Assembly (NCBI GenBank): GCA_048886685.1
Contig: JBHLKM010000001.1
Location: 358,623 to 422,622, forward strand
Direction: 5' to 3'
Length of the DNA: 64,000 nucleotides
From: Candidatus Hodarchaeota archaeon
Lineage (GTDB): Archaea > Asgardarchaeota > Lokiarchaeia > Sigyniarchaeales > SOKP01
Under the pieces are notes generated by a model. It was given only the letters and a program-made list of their open reading frames with translations. It was not told the DNA's origin and did not search any database. Shown piece after piece: positions 30,386 through 38,749 of this stretch (position 1 is the first letter of the stretch; each line of letters starts with the position of its first letter). The position numbers and the translations under genes are program-made.

Positions 30386-32017
30386 ATGTTTAATCATGAT
30401 AGAAAAGTATTCAGGATTATGTACCTTTTTCCACAAGAAACAGGAAAAGGTCCGAATGCAATCTATACCTTTTTCTTAAGGATTTCTAATTATTTAAATT
30501 CAAGAAAAGAAGAATTATCAGTTGGAATTGATGAAATTTATATTGATTTACGATATGAGGATATAACCTCTTTTAACTTTCATAATTTAGACCTCTACCT
30601 GAAGGAATTAAAATCATTATTAGAAGAGATTTATAATGAATTCCGATTTGATTTGGTAGCTATTTCATGTTATTCATCTTATGAATATTTGAACTCTATA
30701 ATAGTTGCAAATATTATTAAGGCTTATTTCAATCCTAAAGTTAAAATCGTTGTTGGGGGATATCATCCGAGTATCTTTCCTCAAGATTTTCAGTCTGATA
30801 ATTTTCCTAGCTTTATAAATAAATATTTTCAGATTAATAAAAAAATCTTTGATTTTCTGATCAAAGGCGAAGGAGAAATTACTTTTTTCATGTTGATAAA
30901 AAAGCTTCTTAATAAAAAATTAAAAAACTTGAATAATAAAAACTGTAGCATCTTGGAAGGAGAAGTTTTTCATTCGCTTAATGATCTACCTCTAATTGAT
31001 CTTAGTCTTTTAAAAAGATATAAGAAAAAATTAAGAGGGAAGCGATTAAATATAGACTTTGGACGGGGTTGCATGTTTCGTTGTAAAATTTGCATTCCTT
31101 CAACGGGTCTGGATTTACCCTTCCATAAAAATGTTAGATTTAAGTCGATAGAACGGTGTATAGAAGAATTAAAAATCATTAGAGATACAAGTTGGCTAAA
31201 AATTAGTTCTATATTTATAAGTGATCCTGTTTTTTTCCCAAAAAGGAGCCTTCGTAATGATTTCTATGAGAAATTAAGGGAATTCATGGAAAATGAAGTG
31301 AAATATCCTTATACGATAGGAATCTATGATAGAGTTGATTTATGTCTTAGAGAAGACCTTTTACACTACAAAGAATTTAATATAATGCCTCATCTAGGAT
31401 TTGAATCTTCTTCAATTCCTATATTGAAAATTTTAAACAAAATTCATTCTAAAGATGACGGAGCCTTGAAAGAATATAGAAATAAATTACTTGATCTTAT
31501 CATATTTTCTAACAAAATAGAGCTGAATATATGGTTATTCCTAATTATCGGACTTCCTGGAGAAACAGTAGAAGTTATAGAAGATAATCGAGATTTTTTT
31601 CTAAAGAAGAGATTCAATGGTGAGTGTTTAAGCGAGATGTATAAAATTATTTTAGATATTAGATATTACAAAGCGATTCCAGGTTCTAGTATTTTTAGTT
31701 CTTGTGAAAGTAAATATGGAACTAAAATCTATTATAAGGAATGGTGGAGAGAACCTCTTGAAAATCACCGGGCTTATAATAAAATTGTAAAACCGAGTAA
31801 AGATTTAGATTTTCTAGACTCTTTAAAACTCAACTATAAATGGATAAAAGAATTTATAACGTATCAAATAAATAATAAAGCCCCATTTTACAGCAAGGCA
31901 GATTTCAAGATTTTAAGAGAAGGTTACTTTAAATTAAGCCATATGTATAAAGATCCTACATCAAATTATCACTCATTTGTTCCTGAAAGCTGGAAGCAAG
32001 GTATTATTTTTCCCTAA
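30386..32017 (+). CDS. cobalamin-binding radical SAM protein
   Basis: B12 domain (VAISCYSS, VVGGYHPS, GEGE) plus GRGCMFRCKIC (CxxxCxxC), GFES, IIGLPGET. Confidence 0.9.
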   Translation: MFNHDRKVFRIMYLFPQETGKGPNAIYTFFLRISNYLNSRKEELSVGIDEIYIDLRYEDITSFNFHNLDLYLKELKSLLEEIYNEFRFDLVAISCYSSYEYLNSIIVANIIKAYFNPKVKIVVGGYHPSIFPQDFQSDNFPSFINKYFQINKKIFDFLIKGEGEITFFMLIKKLLNKKLKNLNNKNCSILEGEVFHSLNDLPLIDLSLLKRYKKKLRGKRLNIDFGRGCMFRCKICIPSTGLDLPFHKNVRFKSIERCIEELKIIRDTSWLKISSIFISDPVFFPKRSLRNDFYEKLREFMENEVKYPYTIGIYDRVDLCLREDLLHYKEFNIMPHLGFESSSIPILKILNKIHSKDDGALKEYRNKLLDLIIFSNKIELNIWLFLIIGLPGETVEVIEDNRDFFLKKRFNGECLSEMYKIILDIRYYKAIPGSSIFSSCESKYGTKIYYKEWWREPLENHRAYNKIVKPSKDLDFLDSLKLNYKWIKEFITYQINNKAPFYSKADFKILREGYFKLSHMYKDPTSNYHSFVPESWKQGIIFP

Positions 32018-32042
32018 TTCCTTTTTAAAATAAAATTCATAA

Positions 32043-33269
32043 TTATATATTTACATATAATAAAGGAATGATGGAGAAATTCAATAAAATACCCCCAATG
32101 ATAATAATATATTCTGTAGCAATAAAATTAGATAGTAGAGTTCCTAATGGAAGAAAAATGAAGGTTGATAAATGTCTAAAGGATGCGATTAGATGAAAGT
32201 AAACTGATCTACTGCTTGTATTAAATTTCATGATATAAACTGAAATGTTAAGGTTAGTTATCGTCCCTAGGGAACATCCAACAAAATATAACATTATAAA
32301 TAAGGTAAATGGTACGATAGTGTACAGTATATATATAATTCCAATTACTGGAATTAAAATAAATATAATTTTTTTAGGATTTGTTCTTTTAATAAGAAAA
32401 CTACCTATTGCACTACTAGTTATGCTAATTATAAAATAAAAAATTAGCATAAAATTAAAAAAGTTAAAATTAATGATTCCAAATTTATTTAGTAAGAAAG
32501 GAAAAAAAGGATAAATAAAAATCACATCACTAAATGCAAAAAATATAAAAATGCAGAGAAAAATTAATGTGGTCTTAGAATTTAGAGAACTTTTTAAATT
32601 TAAACACTTAAAATTATAAAATTTTTCAGAGTTTTGAATAGTTTTGGGTTTAGGCTGATTAATTTCAGAAATGAATGGTAAAACGCTTAATAATGGTATT
32701 AAAAGAAGATAACTACAAAAAATTAAGGTTTCCCAAGAGCTAATCGAATATAAATCATTTATTAAAAGAAAATATAAAAAGAATGGAAAAAACTTTCCTA
32801 AGGCTTCGCCAACAAAAATAAAAAAAAGATGACGCCTCCTGATTTCATTAGTTGGTGATATGTCGATTATTAAAGATTTTGTAGACACGTCTAACATTGT
32901 ACTTGAAATATAAATTAGAAAAAGGAAAATCCCAAAAATTAGAATGTTATTAAAAGTGAAGCCAATTAATATATAAATTAAAACTAAAGTATAACCAGAA
33001 AAAATAATATAATACTTCCGTTGGTACCCTCTAATTTTATACTTATCTGTTATTGTGGCAAAGATCGGTCGTAATAATAAAATTGAATAAGCAAAGAATT
33101 GAATTAATGCTATTAGGAAAAGATTAACATTTAAAACATCAAAAAAAAGAATTGGAAAATAGGTGTTCAAAAAAACAAAAATGGAAGAATATCCCAAGTA
33201 AATAAGTATAAAGGAGATATAGTTCACTTTAAAAATGGATTTAGATACAAACCTTTTTGATTTAAACAT
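32043..33269 (-). CDS. MFS transporter (AmpG/BT1-like)
   Basis: About 12 TM; RPIFATITDKY...RKYY and DVSTKSL motifs. Confidence 0.8.
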   Translation of the reverse strand: MFKSKRFVSKSIFKVNYISFILIYLGYSSIFVFLNTYFPILFFDVLNVNLFLIALIQFFAYSILLLRPIFATITDKYKIRGYQRKYYIIFSGYTLVLIYILIGFTFNNILIFGIFLFLIYISSTMLDVSTKSLIIDISPTNEIRRRHLFFIFVGEALGKFFPFFLYFLLINDLYSISSWETLIFCSYLLLIPLLSVLPFISEINQPKPKTIQNSEKFYNFKCLNLKSSLNSKTTLIFLCIFIFFAFSDVIFIYPFFPFLLNKFGIINFNFFNFMLIFYFIISITSSAIGSFLIKRTNPKKIIFILIPVIGIIYILYTIVPFTLFIMLYFVGCSLGTITNLNISVYIMKFNTSSRSVYFHLIASFRHLSTFIFLPLGTLLSNFIATEYIIIIGGILLNFSIIPLLYVNI

Positions 33270-33437
33270 TATTCATTTTATAGTTAGATAATAATTATTT
33301 AAAGAAAACAAAAAGCATATTAGATCCAGTTTAAAGGGCGTTCAATTTGATTGTAGAATTAGGTTAAGAGCTATTGTTTTTGAGATTTTTTATTAATCTG
33401 TAGAGTTTAAATACAAGAGTTTTAACTCTAGTATGAA

Positions 33438-34070
33438 ATGCTCTATTTCTTGGAACCGAAAAAAATAGTTCCTTCTTCAGGAAGAGTACTAAATGATATA
33501 ATTAGCGGGTTAGAGAATTGGTGTATTGCGTTTAATGAACTTTTTATAATTTTTTCAAAATATCTCAAATTTATATTCGTATTTTTAATCTTTTTTATAG
33601 GAATTTTAACATTATTGAGATTGAGGGGTGTATATCGTCAATCAAGATTAGCAGAGGCTGATAAACAAGAAGATACATTTACTAGAACCAGGCTAGTTCT
33701 TGGTTCGCTTTATATCTTTCTGGGTTTTGGGATTTTGTTTAATTATTTAACATTTTTCTTTATCTGGATTTTTGACCCTTTACCTGATCGATTAATTTAT
33801 AATTTTATTGATTTCATTGGAATTGATCCTTTATATATGAATGGAATAATGGATATTTCTACTTCTCAATATCCTCATGAAAAGACTATTTATTACTGCT
33901 TCTCATTTGCTTCATTGATGTCAGTTTTGAGTATATTATTATGTTTATGGTATCTAATAAACAATAATAGACTTATCAACAATCCTATGAGAGCTGTTGG
34001 TGGTTTAATTTCAGGAATTATGGGAGGCATCTTGTTTGGTTTTACAACTTATTTTCCTTTTTTTTTGTGA
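33438..34070 (+). CDS. membrane protein of unknown function
   Basis: Four hydrophobic segments. Confidence 0.65.
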   Translation: MLYFLEPKKIVPSSGRVLNDIISGLENWCIAFNELFIIFSKYLKFIFVFLIFFIGILTLLRLRGVYRQSRLAEADKQEDTFTRTRLVLGSLYIFLGFGILFNYLTFFFIWIFDPLPDRLIYNFIDFIGIDPLYMNGIMDISTSQYPHEKTIYYCFSFASLMSVLSILLCLWYLINNNRLINNPMRAVGGLISGIMGGILFGFTTYFPFFL

Positions 34071-34332
34071 TTTAACATATTATCCTCATAATCCACCAAA
34101 TCAATAAATTCTATGATATTGTGATTTATTATTACCCCAAAAACAGATACTAAATCAAGAACGAAACATTTATATAATTTATCTAAATATATATTATTTG
34201 CATCTGAGATTATTATCGATTTTCAGTCACGTGAAATTTGGAGTAATAAATCAAATTTCTAATCGGTATACGGGTTATTTTACGATAAGAAAATATAGGT
34301 ATAAGGAAGTTTTATAATTTTAAAGATATAAA

Positions 34333-35232
34333 TTGGTTGTTATTATGGAAATAGAATCAGATTTAAGTAATCTTTCAAATTCTTGTCCTGAATGTGGGGG
34401 CAAGGTTATTCCACTCCATGAAAGGGGAGAAATTGTTTGTGGACAATGCGGATTAGTTATAAGCGAACGAATTTTGGATATTTCTCATAGTGGTAAGAGA
34501 GCATTTACTAAACAAGAAAAAGAAAATAGGGAAAGAACAGGCTCTCCCATTTCAATTCTATTACCAGATATGGGTTTAAGCACGATAATTGATAAATCCA
34601 ACATTAAAAGCCCTGATTTGAAACGAGCTGCTAAATGGAATTCTCGAATGACGTGGGATAAGCGAAACATGTTAATTGCAACAACAGAATTAAAAAGAAT
34701 CGGGAGTAATTTAAACTTACCAAACCATGTAAAGAAGGCAGCTATAAGACTTTATATTGAGGCTTTTAAAAAGAAACTTCTCAGGGGAAGATCAATTAAT
34801 GGAATGGTTGCTGCTTGCTTGTATTTTGCTTGTAGAGAAAGAAAAATACCTCGTACACTCCAGGAGATTTTAGAGCAAACATCCATAAGTGCGAAAAATG
34901 TTAGAAGATGTTATAGAACTTTAATCAGAGAATTAAATTTGAAAGTTCCATCAACAGATCCAATATCCCTTATCCCTCGCTTTATAGCAGAATTAGAGCT
35001 AGATGCGGACGCAGAGAATGGGACTATTAAGATTTTACAAACATTTACATCTAAGTTTTCCACTTCTGGAAAAGATCCAAAAGGATTATGTGCAGGAGCA
35101 TTATATTTAGTTTGTAAAATGAAGGATAAACGAATATCACAAAAAGAGATTGCGAATTTAGTAGGGGTAACTGAGGTAACCCTCCGCTCAAGATATAAAG
35201 AATTGATTAAAATGTTAAATATTATGGTATGA
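34333..35232 (+). CDS. tfb: transcription initiation factor IIB (start probably ATG 34345)
   Basis: CPECGG...CGQCG zinc ribbon, RERTG B-reader, LRGRS, GKDPKG, GVTEVTLRSRYKEL. Confidence 0.96.
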   Translation: MVVIMEIESDLSNLSNSCPECGGKVIPLHERGEIVCGQCGLVISERILDISHSGKRAFTKQEKENRERTGSPISILLPDMGLSTIIDKSNIKSPDLKRAAKWNSRMTWDKRNMLIATTELKRIGSNLNLPNHVKKAAIRLYIEAFKKKLLRGRSINGMVAACLYFACRERKIPRTLQEILEQTSISAKNVRRCYRTLIRELNLKVPSTDPISLIPRFIAELELDADAENGTIKILQTFTSKFSTSGKDPKGLCAGALYLVCKMKDKRISQKEIANLVGVTEVTLRSRYKELIKMLNIMV

Positions 35233-35255
35233 TTTTAAATAAAATATAATTTTTT

Positions 35256-35837
35256 TTATTCTTCTTTTTTTATCATTAATTTTAAGAAATCAGGTAATGT
35301 TAACAAATAGCCTTGAGCATTTGGGAGTTGATTTTTAATCTTAATAAATAATTGAGAGTAATTTTCTGCTCGATCCTTTTGTTTTAACACATCATTTCGC
35401 GTTTGTTCTCGAATAGATTCAACAGGAATTCCTCTCATCACCGTACGAGCAGGAATTGTTAATCCAGGAGGGACTTGGCTTCCATTCATAATAATGACTC
35501 CTTCACCTATTGATGCTTCTTCATAGATGAGGGTTCCTTCCTTAATTTGTACGTAGTCTTCCATGAAGCAACCTAGCAATGCTACTCCAGATTCAATTAT
35601 GCAGTACCTACCAATATTAATAGAACTTTTTTGGGATCTTGTCAACATCATTACTCCATCAAAAATTGTAGAATATTCACCTATGACAATTGGCGAATTT
35701 TCTGCGCGAATGATTGAGCCTGGCCATACAATTGCGTTATCGTTTACTTTTACATCCCCAATTAAAGTACTTTGAGGGCTAACATAAGAATTTGGACTTA
35801 TCTTGGGTTTTTTCCCGTTATATTCAATTATCGGCAT
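35256..35837 (-). CDS. gamma-carbonic-anhydrase-like left-handed beta-helix protein lacking His ligands
   Basis: PKISPNSYV...LIGDV, hexapeptide repeats, VPPG..IP; the sequence contains no histidine. Confidence 0.8.
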   Translation of the reverse strand: MPIIEYNGKKPKISPNSYVSPQSTLIGDVKVNDNAIVWPGSIIRAENSPIVIGEYSTIFDGVMMLTRSQKSSINIGRYCIIESGVALLGCFMEDYVQIKEGTLIYEEASIGEGVIIMNGSQVPPGLTIPARTVMRGIPVESIREQTRNDVLKQKDRAENYSQLFIKIKNQLPNAQGYLLTLPDFLKLMIKKEE

Positions 35838-35967
35838 ATTAACTTCACAAAAATTATACTTAATGAGAAAAAAAAAAATAGCTATTTAAAGACAAATTAT
35901 CTCTCAATAAATTTAAACTTTTATTTGGGAATTATTTAGTTCTTTTACTCTAATTGTAGATGAATTT

Positions 35968-36783
35968 TTAATAATAAATTCTAAATGGGTCACATGATTC
36001 AAATAATGTAAATTCAACATAAGGGAACTCTAAACTTAAGATATTACATAATTTTTTCAATGCAAGAATTTCCATTTTATAATGTGATGTCTCAACTATC
36101 GCGAGTCCAATGTCCCTACTAAAATTTGCTCCAAAATAGTTTATTCTGCCTGTGATATAACAATCACAATCCAAGGCTTTAGCCTTTCTTAGGTATAATA
36201 TATTTGGGGTGTCTCCTCCGACAATACAAACTGTTTTGATAATTTTCTTAAGATCACCCACATATGAGACATGTGTTAAATCTAAGTGTGTTTTAATTCT
36301 TTTAATTAAAGTTTCTAAAATCATTTTTTGATTATTATTTAAATAATGTTTGGGAGTGCATATTCGTCCTATTGGGATTTTCATTCCTTTATTATTTTTT
36401 ATGTCAAATGTTCTTTCTAAGTTCAAGTAGAGAGCCTCAGCTATTGTCTCTGATACACCTCCTTCTGCCGCGATGAATGAAGAATTTAATACAAATATTG
36501 CAACTGGGTATTTAGTTAGCAAAGTTAGTTTTTTTATTATATCCTGATTAAATTTTTTAATTGAGTTATTTATTAAACCATGATGGGAGATTATTAGATT
36601 CACTTTATTTTTTAAAGCAAAATGTAATGCTTCAATGCTTAAGTCTATGGTTAACATTACTTTTTTTATTGACTTATTGACTCTATTCTGATTATATTGG
36701 AAACCATAAATCTCTGAATTTAATTTAAATATCTTGGGAGATAACTTATTTATTAAAACTGATTGTATTTCTTGAAGAACCAT
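35968..36783 (-). CDS. NIF3/DUF34 family protein
   Basis: LIISHHGL, IGR, YITG, SHYKME. Confidence 0.85.
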   Translation of the reverse strand: MVLQEIQSVLINKLSPKIFKLNSEIYGFQYNQNRVNKSIKKVMLTIDLSIEALHFALKNKVNLIISHHGLINNSIKKFNQDIIKKLTLLTKYPVAIFVLNSSFIAAEGGVSETIAEALYLNLERTFDIKNNKGMKIPIGRICTPKHYLNNNQKMILETLIKRIKTHLDLTHVSYVGDLKKIIKTVCIVGGDTPNILYLRKAKALDCDCYITGRINYFGANFSRDIGLAIVETSHYKMEILALKKLCNILSLEFPYVEFTLFESCDPFRIYY

Positions 36784-36912
36784 AATAATCAGTGTCTCTT
36801 AATCATAATGTGAAAATTTTTATAATTTAATATGATAAAACTCAGTAATGGTTTTTTAATTTAAATTTGAAAATTAAAAAATCTAATTGAAGTTCACCCA
36901 AAATAAAAGAGG

Positions 36913-37335
36913 TTGAAAATAATGAAAAGTGAAGATTGTATCTTTTGTAAAATTACCAGGAAAGAAATTCCATCTAAGATTGTATATGAAAATAATCTAA
37001 ATCTTGCATTTTTAGATATTTCCCCCATTTCTAAAGGCCATACAATAGTTATACCAAAGAATCATTATTCTACAATAGAAGATATTCCAGATAAGGAATT
37101 AATCGAAGTATATAAAATAGTGAAAAGAATTGCTACGATGATCCATGAAAAACTACAAATTGATGGGTACAATATCCTTCAAAATAATTTTACGGCTGCA
37201 GGGCAAGTAGTAAAACATTTCCATATTCATATAATTCCAAGAAATTTTGATGATGATAAATTTAGATTAAAAATACCTAGAAATCAAGCAGTTGAAGCAG
37301 ATCTTGATGGTGTTCTAGATGAATTAGGCCTCTAA
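36913..37335 (+). CDS. HIT family hydrolase
   Basis: DCIFCKI, AFLDISP..KGH, HFHIHIIPR. Confidence 0.95.
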   Translation: MKIMKSEDCIFCKITRKEIPSKIVYENNLNLAFLDISPISKGHTIVIPKNHYSTIEDIPDKELIEVYKIVKRIATMIHEKLQIDGYNILQNNFTAAGQVVKHFHIHIIPRNFDDDKFRLKIPRNQAVEADLDGVLDELGL

Positions 37336-37405
37336 AATAAAAATTAACTTTGTTTTTTTTTAGTTTCGTTTAGTTTAAAAGGTTAGTCTTAAATAAAAAA
37401 TAAGA

Positions 37406-37606
37406 ATGAAAATTAAAAAATTTCTTAAGAAATTAGGCTCTGGAATCAGAAATTTTTTTTCTGATGAATATGGTGGAAATCTTGTGGAATATGCTTTACT
37501 TGTTGGTTTTGCTCTTTTTATCTTCTTTATTATTATAGGAGTAATCACGTCTATTCTTGATTGGACGGTGGGGTTGTCAAATGATTTTTTGGATATTTTT
37601 GGATGA
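37406..37606 (+). CDS. Flp/Fap-like type IV pilin with class III signal peptide
   Basis: Basic leader then FFSDEYG|GNLVEYALLVG with E5-Y6 and a hydrophobic helix; 66 aa. Confidence 0.75.
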   Translation: MKIKKFLKKLGSGIRNFFSDEYGGNLVEYALLVGFALFIFFIIIGVITSILDWTVGLSNDFLDIFG

Positions 37607-37624
37607 TTAAATAACTACTAAAAG

Positions 37625-38011
37625 CTAAGTTATTTTTTCATTTTCAATCTTAACAATTTTATTGTCTATAAACATAAAATTAAATTTTTCACCCCAGTCA
37701 TCAAGTTGACTTATTACAAAATCAGTGTCCAAATTCAAATGGTCTATAAATACATCAAAAGGTATCCTGTCTGCTCTTTTCAAATATTTACTTATTTTCT
37801 TATCTAATTCATTTGGTTCAGGTGGCTTTTCTTTTCTTTTCCTCGCCCTTAATTTTTCTAATAAAGGATCATTTTTATTATCGTTAAAGAAATATTCTAC
37901 AATATTGCTAATTACTTGTGCTCTTGTAGCACCAAAAACATCTACAAGTTCTTCAATTAGCTTCATATAGCTATTATTTAAGGTTACTGTTGTCCTTGAA
38001 GTCTCAGTCAT
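37625..38011 (-). CDS. ribbon-helix-helix DNA-binding protein with extra C-terminal domain
   Basis: RTTVTL strand, LIEELV, TRAQVISNIV helices. Confidence 0.7.
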   Translation of the reverse strand: MTETSRTTVTLNNSYMKLIEELVDVFGATRAQVISNIVEYFFNDNKNDPLLEKLRARKRKEKPPEPNELDKKISKYLKRADRIPFDVFIDHLNLDTDFVISQLDDWGEKFNFMFIDNKIVKIENEKIT

Positions 38012-38072
38012 TTTTAGGATCTAAAAATTTTTTATCTAATTTTCTAATAACTTTTTTCATTTTTAAATCTTA

Positions 38073-38107
38073 ATGCTTATTGATGATAATAATGCATAAA
38101 TAAGCAT
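38073..38107. promoter_or_regulatory. 9-bp inverted repeat between divergent regulators (candidate operator)
   Basis: ATGCTTATT (38073-38081) / AATAAGCAT (38099-38107), next to a TATA-like element at 38111-38120. Confidence 0.4.
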
Positions 38108-38220
38108 CATTTATATATTATTTGGGATTAATATGATCATAAGAACAAATTCTTAACATTTAAATTAAAAAGTCGAATATTTGTCGTTTTTGATTTTGTT
38201 AATAAAAGGAGGAATAAATT

Positions 38221-38475
38221 ATGGCAAATGAAACTATTATTGAGAAATTTTCTGAATCTAAAGATTTTTTATCTCCAATTCAATATAATTTACTCAAAAC
38301 TTTGGATACGATTGGCCCTTCTACGCGTAAAGATTTAGTAAAACAACTTAAAACACCAAGAACTACAATCTATGATAATTTAGTAAAACTTCAAAAAAGA
38401 AAATTAATAGAAAAATTCTCTCGTAATGATGGGAAGAGAGGACGACCATTAGTTTTTTGGAAATTAAAAACCTAA
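38221..38475 (+). CDS. TrmB/MarR-like winged-helix regulator
   Basis: GPSTRKDL...TPRTTIYDNLVKLQKRKLI...GRP; GGAGG SD. Confidence 0.85.
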   Translation: MANETIIEKFSESKDFLSPIQYNLLKTLDTIGPSTRKDLVKQLKTPRTTIYDNLVKLQKRKLIEKFSRNDGKRGRPLVFWKLKT

Positions 38476-38520
38476 AACAGTTTTCCTTTTTTATTTTTTT
38501 ATATATAATAACATATATAC

Positions 38521-38702
38521 TCCTATATTTCTACTGGAATTTTTATTTAGAATAGTTAAAAATGGAAAATTAACTAAATAATTTAGAATAGAGCCCCAGT
38601 AAAAAATTACTCAATTATATTTAAATAAATTTATTAAATTTTTAATATCTCTAAATATCAACTTTAAAACTCTAAAAAGAATTCTCCAGTGGAAAAAGAG
38701 GA
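38521..38702. other. candidate replication origin (oriC): inverted ORB boxes flanking an AT-rich unwinding element
   Basis: TCCAGTAGAAATATAGGA (minus, 38538-38521) and TCCAGTGGAAAAAGAGGA (plus, 38685-38702), 15/18 identical, both matching the archaeal ORB core TCCAGTGGAAA; weaker CCCAGTAAAAA at 38595. Confidence 0.7.
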
Positions 38703-38749
38703 CTCTAAAAAATAAATTAATAGAATTAAATTATCAGGAAATAAAACTA

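Noticed and set aside
34168-34344. TCACGTGA palindrome and GAAATTTG/CAAATTTC hairpin upstream of tfb
   Set aside because: Short motifs in AT-rich DNA; cannot be told from chance without conservation data
38521-38702. MITE interpretation of the inverted repeat
   Set aside because: No target-site duplication seen, and the repeats match the ORB consensus
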